A stretch of DNA of 64,000 nucleotides from Pseudogymnoascus verrucosus. Its lineage: Eukaryota. The stretch lies in the NCBI GenBank assembly GCA_001662655.1, contig KV460213.1; one strand, given 5' to 3'. Numbering within the stretch: the stretch's first letter is position 1; each line of letters opens with the position of its first letter. Below, piece by piece: positions 12,120-23,299 of this stretch. The position numbers and the translations under genes are program-made. The notes beneath the pieces were generated by a model. That model saw only the letters and a list, made by a program, of their open reading frames with translations. It did not search any database and was not told the origin of the DNA.

Positions 12120-13973
12120 ATGGAATCCCTCGCTGGTACAAGCTGGGATGTCGTGATTGAGGGGACGGGACTGCAGCAGTCTCTACTGGCACTGTGAGTG
12201 CCTCTGGCCTAGCTTTGCTTTGCTTTGCTCGTGTCATGTCTGACTGACGCAGCCTTTGAAGGGCTCTGTCGCGATCGGACAAGAAGGTGCTTCACGTCGA
12301 TGGAAATAACTACTATGGTGGCTCCGAAGCTGCCTTCAGCTTACAGGAAGCAGAGGCTTGGGCGGTGAGCTTAGCAGGTACGTTATGATGCTGAAGATTA
12401 CTTGAAGCTCGGTCCACTAATGCTAGTTTAGCTACCCCTGTCGCGCCATTCTCAAAGGTGTCATTGCGGAAAGCAGAAACGAGCACGTCGAGTGCGAAGA
12501 AGCTGTCCCCTTCACGGGCGTACACTCTTACACTCTCGCCGCAGATCATATATGCCAGATCCAAGCTCGTCTCGCAGCTGGTATCTTCACAAGTCTACCG
12601 ACAACTGGAGTTCCAGGCTGTGGGGAACTGGTGGTTATATGAAAATACCTCTGGTGTCTTCCCGGCTGCGCATGAAGCTGGAACGCTGAAGCGCATGCCG
12701 AATGGTCGAGAAGATATCTTCTCGGACAGGAGCATTGACGTCAGAGCCAAGCGCGGACTGATGAAGTTCATCAAGTTCGTGGTTGACTTTGAGAACCAGA
12801 CAGGTGTATGGGAGACCCATGCTGATACTCCCTTCGTGGAGTTTCTGTCGTCACAGTTCCAGCTGCCTCCATCTATGCAGACATATCTTGTTGCCTTGAC
12901 TCTGTCATTGGAACCCCCGGGAGTTACATCTGTTCGATATGCCCTGCCTAGGATTGCGAGACATCTTACGTCAATTGGTGTATTTGGACCTGGCTTTGGG
13001 GCAGTAGTCCCAAAATGGGGTGGGGGTGCAGAGATAGCACAGGTTGGATGCAGAGCTGGCGCTGTTGGGGGCGCTGTCTATGTTCTGGGCACCGGCGTTT
13101 CTGACGCCGACACTGGGTCGACCGCGGTTAGCCTCAAATTGACAAATGATGAGGCTGTTCAGTCAGAGTACTACATCTCTTCGCAAGATAAGGCCATCAA
13201 AGAAATAAACTCGGACACCCCGACGGTTTCCAAGCTCGTCGCCATCGTTTCCTCCGACCTATCGTCTCTCTTCGTTTCAACCGTGGAAGGCGCCCCGATA
13301 GCAGCGGTTGCAGTCGTCGCCTTCCCGGCCGATGCGGTCGTTGTTGATGGTCAAAGCTCGACGCACCCGATATTTATCATGGTGCATTCGAGTGACTCTG
13401 GGGAGTGCCCTCAAGGACAGTGTAAGCTCAACTCTTTTTCATTTTGTTACTATGCAAGCATTCTATGATGATTCAACCTCGAATACTTATCTACATTGTC
13501 TGATACCCCTTGAAGATACAACCTCTGACAGTCTGATGAATGCTTCTCATTTACATTTTAACTATGCTCCTCGTTACAGAAGACATGCTAACATGAATTG
13601 ATTTTAAGATGTGCTATACGCCAGTACCACCAATATTCGGAACCCGAAAGGGCGCTTGGAAGCAGCTCTGTCAAAGCTTTTAAAATCCGCGGATGCTCCA
13701 CGTGCAGACGCGGAAGGTTCGGAGCAGGATGCTGTTCTCTTCGAGATGTATTATGAACAGTCCCGTTCCTCAACTTCAAACCTGGCGTCTAGCACTTCAT
13801 GTGCCTTGCCGTCTTCATCATTGGACTTGTCATTTGACGACTCTATATTGGATGACGTCGAGGACGCATGGCGTCGTATTATGGGGAGTCCTGAAACGGA
13901 ATCTCCATATATGGTGTTCGAGACTCGAGAGCAATTGGATGATGATGATGATAATGGCATGGATGGACTATAA
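12120..13973 (+). CDS. MRS6: Rab escort protein / Rab geranylgeranyltransferase component A (GDI/REP family), 4 exons
   Basis: Exon 1 reads MESLAGTSWDVVIEGTGLQQSLLAL, then ALSRSDKKVLHVDGNNYYGG; also REDIF, PKWGGGAEIAQVGCRAGAVGGAVY and GECPQGQ/YVLYAST. Introns 12194-12261, about 12378-12426, and 13422-13608. Acidic C-terminus. Confidence 0.88.
13456..13545 (+). ncRNA. snR62: Intronic box C/D snoRNA, snR62/U34(SNORD34)-like, with a second guide
   Basis: Box C ATGATGA 13465-13471, D' CTGA 13500-13503, C' TGAAGA 13511-13516, D CTGA 13533-13536. An 8-bp terminal stem pairs AAGCATTC (13456-13463) with GAATGCTT (13538-13545). The D' guide CTTATCTACATTGT is complementary to LSU rRNA ACAAUGUAGAUAAG (rRNA sequence recalled). 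It lies in an unusually long 187-nt intron. Confidence 0.88.
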
Positions 13974-15381
13974 TGACACCTGCAGAGGGGGCGCGTTAGG
14001 AGTTTGCTACATACCCATGAATGAAATATATGCTATTTTTCGAACCTCCTGCCGATCTGCCGTAGTACCTGACAGCCACCACGAGGCAATTGTGTGCCAG
14101 AAAGCGCTTTCGGGGATGATGGGCGTCTATAACTTGAAGCCCAGACCAAAAGACCAAATCGTGAAGCTTCTGCCAAGCTGCCACTATCGATATCGCCCAA
14201 AGAGGCATAGTCAGGCCCTCTCAACCGAAGGGTAGTACGGGCCGTGATTGATCGGACGGAATTGAGCCAGGCGAATCAGCGACGCCGTGTAAGCGCCTCA
14301 TGCATGAAGGAAAGACGGCCACCACCGAATAGCTCCATGCAATTGGTGGTGATGGATGTGATCATCACCGTCGTCACAGTTGTTTGTGGTGACTGAGGGG
14401 AAGATCCATGTTGCCAGATCGTAGTATGATCTGTGCTGGTCAGGCAATGGACTAAGGCGACCCCCAGGCGGCCCCCAGTGGCCCTCCGCATTGTCTTGCG
14501 GTATTGCGCTGCATCCCCTCCCGCTTCGTCTTCAACTCCTCGGAAAAGACATCTGCTCTTGCGCTGTCCTTGCCTTTCACCTAGCACTGCTAGAAGGTAA
14601 AGGTTCCCCAGGTGCGCCGGCACTGAGTTAGCTTGCATATATCTACGCGCCAGTCCTCCCGCAGCCAGAGTTTGCTGGCACTCCAGTCACACACGGAGGC
14701 TTCGGCATCCTACTCTGGAGGAGAGCCCAAGCACTCGATCAAGCTCAGTTGCATGGGAGCGGGACAATTTTTCAATATTCAGCCACTCACAACCGCCGAG
14801 CTGCACGGCTGTCCCAAGGCAACTGGTCTGTCTATCGATCGCATTGGCTCGATCAGCAACGTAGCTTGTGAAGTCACATCTCCCCAGTCCCACATCAACC
14901 CACCAAACAGACTGGGCGGCTGCAGCGATCACGGCCTATACAGTAGTGCAGGAACCTCCCTTGCTTCCGAACGACTAGTTCGGAATCTGGTGATACATTG
15001 GGAACGACGAAAGAAGAATACTTTATCCAGGTCGCATCTCGCTTTCCCCTCTGCTGCTCTCTCATTTTTACGTGTCTAACTTTTTGTCTGCTTTTGGGGA
15101 TTTAAACGGTTGTGTCTACACTCGCTATTTAATACTCACTTGAGGAATCTGGCATTTCTCTCAGAGGTCTCGCCGCTTACTCCCAATACGAATCGATATA
15201 CCCTGTTCTTGCGATTGAGCCTGGGCCACCTCCCGCCCGACCTTCCATGAAGCGCAGCGACCAGATTAAAGCGACATCAACCAGCTGGGTCAGAGGACCG
15301 AATAACGAGCCACAGACTCTGTGCGCCTCACGAACCTGAACACCGACGAAGCCGCCTCCGAAGTGCACCGTCAGCTACAGG

Positions 15382-18033
15382 ATGTCGACATTTATAGGGA
15401 AAGGGGTGGAGGGTGCGTCAAATACGGTTGCGGAATTAGCAAGGAGAGTAAACATACCAACGACGGAGTCCAGTCTACCGGGCCAGATCGAAGCAAACAC
15501 TGTCGATCCGTGGACGGAGGCTGGAAAATATGCGCTGGGCTGGACATACTTTTGCGCGGTGATGGTGTTTCTGGTTTCTGCAACGCGTGTATACCACTGG
15601 TGGACAGACAAGATGAGACAGGCGCTGTACAAAACAGAGGTGCAAAAGCACATGCTGGCCTATTCGCCAGAGTCGGAATATGCCATGAGCAATATGGAAA
15701 CAAGTAACACGGTTGATCAGCTCTTCCCGCGCGAGATTGAGAAGCCAATTCGACCGGACTATCAATCGTCTGCCTCTTCGATAAACTTCATCAATGATAC
15801 GCTGGCGTTATTTCGATGGATCTTTTATCGCCCGATTCCAGAAATCAACTATTATAAGAAGAAGCGCCTTAGCTTTCCCTCCTTGGCAGTGGTGGGCATA
15901 ATATTTATCGCATTGGCCTTCGTTGCTCTCTACTGCTTCCTACCACAGCCACTGTACTGGCAAAGCATGGCTTTCGGCTCCCCTCCCGTTGCTATCCGAG
16001 CCGGGATGCTGGCTGTGGCCATGACTCCATGGATTGTGGCTTCATCCATGAAAGCGAATCTGATAACGATGTTAACGGGTATTAGCCACGAGAGGCTAAA
16101 TGTGTTGCATAGATGGGGCGGATATCTATGCTTGTTCCTCGCACTCGTGCACACAGTGCCGTTTTACATGCAGGCAGCCAGCGATAGCAAGGGCTATGAA
16201 CAGTTCCAACTCCTGTTTCCAAATACCAGTGGATACATCTTCGGAACGGGAATCGCCTGTCTCGCACCTCTAGGATGGCTTTGCATCGGGTCCCTGCCAT
16301 TTCTGCGCAGCATGGCGTACGAGTTATTCCTCGTTCTCCACATACCAGTCTCAGTAGCCTATGTCGGCTTGCTATTCTGGCATTGCCGCAACTTTCTCAC
16401 GTCTTGGAGTTATCTCTACGCCACCGTTGCGATCTGGGCACTCTCTTATTTCATCCGAGCGTTCAATTTGAACTGGATGAACCCGAGGAGGCTATCATTC
16501 CTCGTCGGCGATGAAGCGGCTGTCCAACTGATGGCTGAGAATGCGATCAAGGTCACTATACCCACGCAGATGAAGTGGCGCCCAGGCCAATTCGTATACC
16601 TGCGAATGCCCGGAATCTCCGTTTTCGACAACCATCCATTCACAATTTCGTCTCTGTGCAGTGAAGATTTCCCCTCTGATTACGGCGAGTTGTACCGAGA
16701 TTGCACTGTAGTTTTCCGTCCATTCGGTGGTTTTACTCGCAAAGTGCTCGAGACGGCAACCGAGAAGGGCCCGTTCCAGACGTATCGAGCATACCTTGAT
16801 GGGCCATACGGTGGAATGCAAAGAGAGCTTGCAGCTTTTGAGACGGTCGTTTTGATTGGAGGCGGAAGTGGTATTACAGCAATTGTCTCACAGCTCTTGA
16901 ATCTCATCAAAAGAATGAGAGATGGAAAGGCGGTGACCCTTAAGATCGAAGTTATCTGGGCGTTGAAGAGGCTTGAGGCGATGGATTGGTTCCGAGAGGA
17001 ACTTCGCATCTGCCGCGAGTTTGCACCGCCGGACACAGTAACTTGCCAGTTTTTCGTGACTGCCGCTGTAAGGCAGAGCAGGATACAAGGGTTCAGCGAG
17101 CGCGCGCCAAGGCCTCTCAGTAATATGTTCCACGACAAGCTAGACGGCTTTGTGGCGGGTATTGCGTCGAAGAGGAATTCGGCGCTGATCCGAGACGAGG
17201 CACAGGGTGATCCAGAGAGAGAACGAGAATTGAGAGAGGAAGACCAGGATGCTATTACGGCCTTACCGCGCCAAAAACACCTACAGCCGACCGTCTTCCC
17301 ACCACCTCCAAAACAAAGTTACAATGGCGCCCCAGCCGATCCGGGCTCTGCACGAAGGGCATCACTTAGAGCCCTAGAAGGCCGCAGAGAAAGCTCGGAC
17401 GATGACCACTCCGCCACACGAAACTACCTCTCGCCGAACTCATCAAGGCTCAGCAGCAACCGCGAATTCCACTTCCCCCCTCCATCTCCCGGCCGCAATG
17501 CACCACACTTCCAATACGCCCCGCCATCTCCCAATAGGGCCTCTTTCTCTCCCCAGCTATCCGATGGGCCCCAATCACACCAATCAACCCCCTCGCAAGG
17601 CTCTGGCGCCTTCCCTCCCCCACCACCACCCGCACACGTCCGCACCGGCAAATCCCTCGACCTCTCTATCACCATCCCCTCAACCGGCGCACCCGCCCCC
17701 TCTGCAGCTGCAGACTTCGACTTCGGCTTCCCGAGCACACCAACCGAGTTCCAGAAGAACTTGATGCGCTTCGCCTTCGTGAACCCGCTCAAGAAGAAGG
17801 AGGGTTGGTCGACTGAGTATGGTCGCCCGGACTTGGCGTATATGCTCAAGGAGATGGCGACGGGTGGTGCGGATGGACGTGGTATCCTGGGGAGAAGGAC
17901 GTGCGTGTTTGTGTGTGGACCGCCGGCTATGCGTATTGATGTCGCGAATGCGGTGGCGGGGCTGCAGGCGGATATCTGGGGAGATGATAGTAAGGATGAG
18001 ATTTTCTTGCATACGGAGAATTATGCGATATAG
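15382..18033 (+). CDS. Ferric reductase-like transmembrane protein (FRE/NOX family), intronless, 883 aa
   Basis: Heme-ligand histidines in LHRWGG..LALVH and FLVLH..LLFWH; FAD motif HPFTISS; DGPYGG; NADPH motifs GGGSGIT and FVCGPP; C-terminal LHTENY. Confidence 0.92.
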   Translation: MSTFIGKGVEGASNTVAELARRVNIPTTESSLPGQIEANTVDPWTEAGKYALGWTYFCAVMVFLVSATRVYHWWTDKMRQALYKTEVQKHMLAYSPESEYAMSNMETSNTVDQLFPREIEKPIRPDYQSSASSINFINDTLALFRWIFYRPIPEINYYKKKRLSFPSLAVVGIIFIALAFVALYCFLPQPLYWQSMAFGSPPVAIRAGMLAVAMTPWIVASSMKANLITMLTGISHERLNVLHRWGGYLCLFLALVHTVPFYMQAASDSKGYEQFQLLFPNTSGYIFGTGIACLAPLGWLCIGSLPFLRSMAYELFLVLHIPVSVAYVGLLFWHCRNFLTSWSYLYATVAIWALSYFIRAFNLNWMNPRRLSFLVGDEAAVQLMAENAIKVTIPTQMKWRPGQFVYLRMPGISVFDNHPFTISSLCSEDFPSDYGELYRDCTVVFRPFGGFTRKVLETATEKGPFQTYRAYLDGPYGGMQRELAAFETVVLIGGGSGITAIVSQLLNLIKRMRDGKAVTLKIEVIWALKRLEAMDWFREELRICREFAPPDTVTCQFFVTAAVRQSRIQGFSERAPRPLSNMFHDKLDGFVAGIASKRNSALIRDEAQGDPERERELREEDQDAITALPRQKHLQPTVFPPPPKQSYNGAPADPGSARRASLRALEGRRESSDDDHSATRNYLSPNSSRLSSNREFHFPPPSPGRNAPHFQYAPPSPNRASFSPQLSDGPQSHQSTPSQGSGAFPPPPPPAHVRTGKSLDLSITIPSTGAPAPSAAADFDFGFPSTPTEFQKNLMRFAFVNPLKKKEGWSTEYGRPDLAYMLKEMATGGADGRGILGRRTCVFVCGPPAMRIDVANAVAGLQADIWGDDSKDEIFLHTENYAI

Positions 18034-18273
18034 GCTTCTTGGGAATGGGATTGTATCTTAGCAAGGCGCATGGGGGGGTTTGACGCATGACATGATGCGA
18101 AGGGGTTTTGATATATTTATTTTATACCATAGTGACTTATACAGTCGTCTCATTTGAAACTAATTGAATACTCCAACATCCAATATTATACAATCGTGAA
18201 CTTAACGGATGGTATCCGCAGCAAAACACCACATCCTAATATCTAGTTCAATATCCCTTCTCCCTCCTACCCC

Positions 18274-18585
18274 TTACTCAGGCTTCGCCTCCTGTTGTTG
18301 TCCCGGCCGATCCACCTCCTCAGCATGTTCAAACACACCACCCATCCCATTCTCCTCCCTCTTCACCCTCCCCTCCCTATCCCACCCCTGCATTCCCCAT
18401 CCCTTCTCTTTCAGACCCCTCTGGCGCTCCACCTCAAACGTATCATGACGCTTATTCTTAGAGCTCCAGAGGAAGGAGAAAAGCGCTGTAACGATGATGA
18501 ACACCGCGATGAAGCCGACCATGATTCCAATCTCCTGCCTGTTATTCGCGTGCAACATCGGCAGCTTGGGGGTTTCGGCGACCAT
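18274..18585 (-). CDS. Small single-pass membrane protein of unknown function (103 aa)
   Basis: ATG start in good context (AAAATG), one clear hydrophobic helix (IGIMVGFIAVFIIVTALFSFLW) followed by a basic stop-transfer segment (SSKNKRH) and a charged tail. Confidence 0.65.
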   Translation of the reverse strand: MVAETPKLPMLHANNRQEIGIMVGFIAVFIIVTALFSFLWSSKNKRHDTFEVERQRGLKEKGWGMQGWDREGRVKREENGMGGVFEHAEEVDRPGQQQEAKPE

Positions 18586-19158
18586 TTTCGCGGATGGGTG
18601 TGTGTGTGTTATTGCGTCTCGCGACGTTGAAATCCGGGGTTGATTTGCGGGGTATTGGGGTATTTGTGGGTAACTCGTGGTGGTTTTGTATGTGTTTTTG
18701 GAGTGAAATATCGGGGTTCACGATGAAGACCCTTTATGGAGTGATGTGAGAGTGGTGTGAGAAGCTGGATTTTCTGGCCCTGGGTTGTCATTGCGTCATA
18801 GATCGTTCCCCTTTACCCCTCGAGTGGCTGTTTTCCTTAGTGTAATGTGGGGGAGGGGATTGTGGGGAAGGGGGTAATGACGTAGTGTCCATTGGGGGAT
18901 TTTGAACTAGTGTGGTCGACCGTTGCGGACACTACTCGCGCCGTACAGCCTAGTGGTATAGTGCAACCAGTTACAGAGGTTATAACGGCATATAGACTCT
19001 TAGTGTTGCTGTCTCTGTTCTTGTATCGTCTTCGTCTATACGGAGTATAGAGAGTACATCATGGCACTAGCCAACAAGGTGCTGTACAAGACTAATTTTT
19101 GATATCCAAGTGTCTCTATAGTTCATAGCATCACCGGTTTTTCTATTTACACGTCCCC

Positions 19159-22100
19159 TTATTCCACTACTTCCATCCCCGCGAGAGAGGCCTTACTCAC
19201 CAAAGTAAGCGGATGCTCCGGCCCCAGCACACGCGTCCTCCCCTCAAACGCCGCCTCCAGGACCCGCTGAGCTTTTCCCACATTCTTCTCTCCCTGCCTC
19301 TTCAGAAAAGTCCCATAATTGTGCAGCGTAAGCAGCGTGTCCGGGTGCTCGTTTCCCAACTCCTTTCTATGATTATCCAGCACTTCCTCAAATATCGCGA
19401 AAGCGCGGCTTGCTTTCTCTGGTCCAGAATCTCCATAGACCCGCGCCAGACCCTCTTTCGCTCGGAAGATGAAGTGATGGTCTGGCCGCAGGACAGACTT
19501 GCGCGATTGAAGCACCACATTATATTCTGCCTCGGATTCGGCGTTCTTGTGTAGATCCTCATGTGTCCGCGCCAGAATCTCAAGCGCGTCGATTAGGTAC
19601 GGCCGCTTGGAGCGGGTGCATTCTTTGATCGGGTCAAAGCCCATCATGGAGGGATCGATGGCACGCAGCGCCATGCCCTCTGCATCCTCGAAGCGGCCTT
19701 GATACACCCAAACCATCGCTAAGTTCATCGCGACCCCTCTGGTGATTTCGTGGGTGTCATCATACTTCTCCTTACATCTCTCCAGAATGTTAATGAGCAG
19801 TCTTTCGGCCTCGTGGTAGCGGCCGAGATCGAAATACGCGATGGCTAGGTTTTGCTGGCTTTGTATCAACTGGGGATGATATTCATGTAGGCTTTGGTCG
19901 CGCTTCTGCATGTCGCAGACCTCTTGAAGGCATTCGGCTGACTTGACATACAGTCCTTGCATTCGATATATCACTGCCAGGCCCTCTTTCGCGTAGGACA
20001 GTTCTGTTTCCGTTTCCATTGCGCGTCCCATACTTTGTATGACCTTATTATACTGCTCCTCCGCAGTAGCATATTGGGCCTGAGTTCCAGCTAGCATTGC
20101 CATGTTTGTGCGCAACTGAAGAGTAACAGGGGCATCTGGACCCATAATGGCAGTCCAACCCGTCAGCGCTCGATCAAAGTGTTTCTGGGCCGCCTCGTAG
20201 TTGTCCAGCTCGCGCTCCGCATCTCCCAAGTCCTTTAATGACACGAGGAGATTATATTCATCCAGCTCCAACCCTTCCTCATATGCCCTCTCCCGATCAA
20301 ATACAGCTATATTGTACATGTTTACCGCCTCGGCCGCCTCGTAGGTGTCGTAAAAGTAGTCGCCTGCTAGATGGCAAATATACGCAAACTGTGGTACTCG
20401 GTAGCGCCCCAGCACGTCGAGACGCGCCAGTGCGGTGATATGCGGTACACACATCGCTCGGTTCAACAAAAATTGTTCGGATTTTGGTTCTAGCTGTTCG
20501 GTCATCGCTGCGTAGAGAATATCTGATGCGAGGGTAAACCAGGTTAATTCCGTGTCAGGAGCTACCCCAAGGCTCTGAATGAGGAAGCAGATAAGATCAT
20601 GCATGGTGTATGACAGTCCAGTCGTATGATCTCCTTCTACTGCCTGCTCTAGCAAAGATGCTTTTTTGAGCTGATAAAGTTCCTCTTGTCGTCTCGTCGT
20701 ATCTCCAAGCAAATTCCTGACATTTCGACACAATAGGGGCTTTTGGATAGCAGGGGTGGCTCTTGTTTGTCGTCTGAAACAACTCCAAATGGATTTTTTT
20801 CGTGTTCCCATTGAAGGAGTAGCTATTTCTTCGTACTTGAATGATGAGAACAGCCGAATGGGTATATTATCGGGGCACAAAAATGACAGTAGCCGCAGGA
20901 GATCCGCTCGGTCATGACATGATTCCTCCAGCTCTGAGAATGCAACATTAAAGAGTTTTGCCAAAGGGCGTATCGAAGTATCTATAGCACTGTAGCGGTG
21001 GCCCAGAACCTAAAGTACCGTCAGCATTCCAGCATCAGAGTATACCTCTCGCGTCTTCTTTTACCTTCATCTTGCCATCTTTATTGCTCAGTACCTCCAA
21101 GAGACCTTCCAGATGTCGACCATCTCTTTTCTGGTAAGAGGCCGCCTGGGCAATGGCGATGGGTAAGTTACCGAGAAGGTGAAGGATTTCTCTTGCTAGA
21201 TCTTTCGTCTCTTCCTTTGTCTCGATTGTGGGCGGTAATGCACAGCTTTTAAGAAATAAATTCAAAGAGTCCGATTCCTCCATTTTTTCCAGAGGAATGC
21301 ACCTCTGGATTCGTCCCGAATCTGTGGTTTTTAGATTTGCAAGATCCTCTTCATTTGTAGTAATCAGTATCCTACCCGCCGGCGCATCCGTTGGGAGGTG
21401 TTCAAAGAAAGAGACAGCATGGGATGTGAAATTGTCGATTACAAGTAACCACCCTTTCCCTCCACTTTCCGCCCTTTCTTCCAACCACCTGCAAGTTTTG
21501 GAAATAGCATCCGGATCGCCAGAGGAGAGGCCAAGAGTCCCAATAAAGCTCGCACGTGCGCTCTCAAAGCTATCTCCATCAACCCAGATAACATCGTCTC
21601 TTTTCCGTTTGCTCCTACGGATATAGGCAAGTGCAACTTGGGTCTTGCCCATCCCATGCATCCCGTAGATGGCTACTGTGATTGGGGAATCATCCTCTTC
21701 ATCTTCGTCCTTAAAAGCGGCGTCTATGAGACCAAGCTCTTTCTCCCTACCACTAAAGTATTTCGAAAGAGTTCGGCGAGGATAGCCACCTTTCCTATGT
21801 GGAATTAGCTGAGTTCAAGAAATATATGCCTTCTGTTCCCACCTTTGTAACACCTTTCCTGTGACTCGAGGGTTAGAATATTGAGTTGAAATAAAGGCTC
21901 TAGAATGGGAGTTACCTTCTCCCCGAAGTCCACCGAGGCTAACTGTAACCACAACATTAGCTTCAATTCTGCCCATGTATTAGGCTACAAGCCTAATAAT
22001 TAGGCCACCCACTACCTCTAAAGTCGCTTTGTTTTGCCAATTGATAAAAGGACTTAATTGCTTCGCTGATTTTAATGAAATTAGTATCGTGCGCACTATC

Positions 22101-23054
22101 AAATTTATTCATTCCGCTGTGGTCTGTCTCCAAAGCACATCCATCACTGCTGTCGGCCAAGCAAGCCGACTCTTGCGGCACAATCTAAAACTCTTAGCAC
22201 TTTATCATAGGTGATTCTCAGACCTAAAATGTTTACCATCACCTTGGTCTTACTGTCAGGTACAGTTTCATAGAAACAAATCACTTTGCAGTGCTTATAA
22301 CGGGCATGCATGCTACTCTGCAGCTCGAATAGTGTACTAGATCCTTTCTCTAACTCTTGTATAATGGACAGGTTAACCATGGCCAAGTCTATAGACTTCA
22401 CAATTGTTAAGATCTTATTTGCTGCTGTCGCGGCCGTGGTCCCGGTGTGCGGTGTGCCGAGATATATGATACCAACCACGGACTCACACAGGAGAGAGTA
22501 CTTGTCTGTATCAAGTGCTGCAGTGACGAGAGCCTACAAATATTAGAAAGTCAAACGCTTTATACTACCATCGATGACTTGCCTTCTTTATAATTATGCC
22601 GCCAAAGCTATGGCCGATGAGAATAAGTGGTCGCGCCTTGTTCTGAATCGAAACGACAAGGTGATCAGAAATTGCAACCCTGAGAGCGTTTTCAAACTCA
22701 CTTTGCTCCTATGCAAATCAAGAGACCTCAGCAGACTGCTGCCACATTGATACAGATTGTACTGTGGTACACGCCCAACATAATGCGTGTTGCAACCCCA
22801 TGCTGAGATACGGGCACCTGGCACTACTTTGGGAAGGAGATCCTGAAGCCAGTTGGTGCCATTACGCATCCAAGTCCAGTACGGGTGTGATCCCAGTCCT
22901 TGGACGGCAACAATACTGAATTGACTGTGTTAGCTAGAACTCGGTAGACCAGCCGCGGAATTAGATATATATACTCAACGATTGGCTCCGAGTATGTTGC
23001 CGTTCCTTCGGCGAGGATTGCCATACCATAGTCGGTTTCAGCCGCGGGGTCCAT
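19159..23054 (-). CDS. Fungal NLR (STAND) protein: N-terminal alpha/beta-hydrolase (SesB/PGAP1-like), NB-ARC, TPR repeats; 9 exons
   Basis: Spliced reading gives DIVAVQGLG, WLQDLLP, LIGHSFGG (nucleophile elbow), YLGTPH, CFYET, DHSGMNKF; then FSGRE, P-loop GMHGMGKT, Walker B WLLVIDN, GRILITT, GNLPIAI, MHD; then TPRs with HPDTL/HPLTL-type motifs. Introns 22916-22974, 22643-22701, 22534-22582 (GC-AG), 22185-22236, about 21943-22011/22014, 21859-21915, 21795-21842 and 21010-21064 all keep frame. Confidence 0.9.
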
Positions 23055-23265
23055 TGCAGCAAATGGCAGGCAATATTTACAACAATCATTCGCTTCTGCT
23101 ATAAATTATACTATAATGCCATTTCAGGAAAATATGTATGGCTAAAATTCACGAGATATTAGAGAGATTGGAGCTATCTAAGGATAGAAAGATAGGTCCC
23201 AAAGTGGAATGGCGCGGATCCTTCCACGGTCCAAGCACGCACATGACAATAAAAACAACCAATAT

Positions 23266-23299
23266 GTCGCGAGACCAGAGAGGTCGCGAGACCAGAGAG
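23266..23299. repeat. Perfect tandem duplication of 17 bp (GTCGCGAGACCAGAGAG x2)
   Basis: Read directly: copies at 23266-23282 and 23283-23299, in the divergent intergenic region between the NLR and the small gene. Confidence 0.9.

Noticed and set aside
19159..20400. Possible high-identity hypervariable TPR array as in het-type NLRs
   Set aside because: The repeats are clearly diverged at protein and DNA level, with no sign of concerted evolution.
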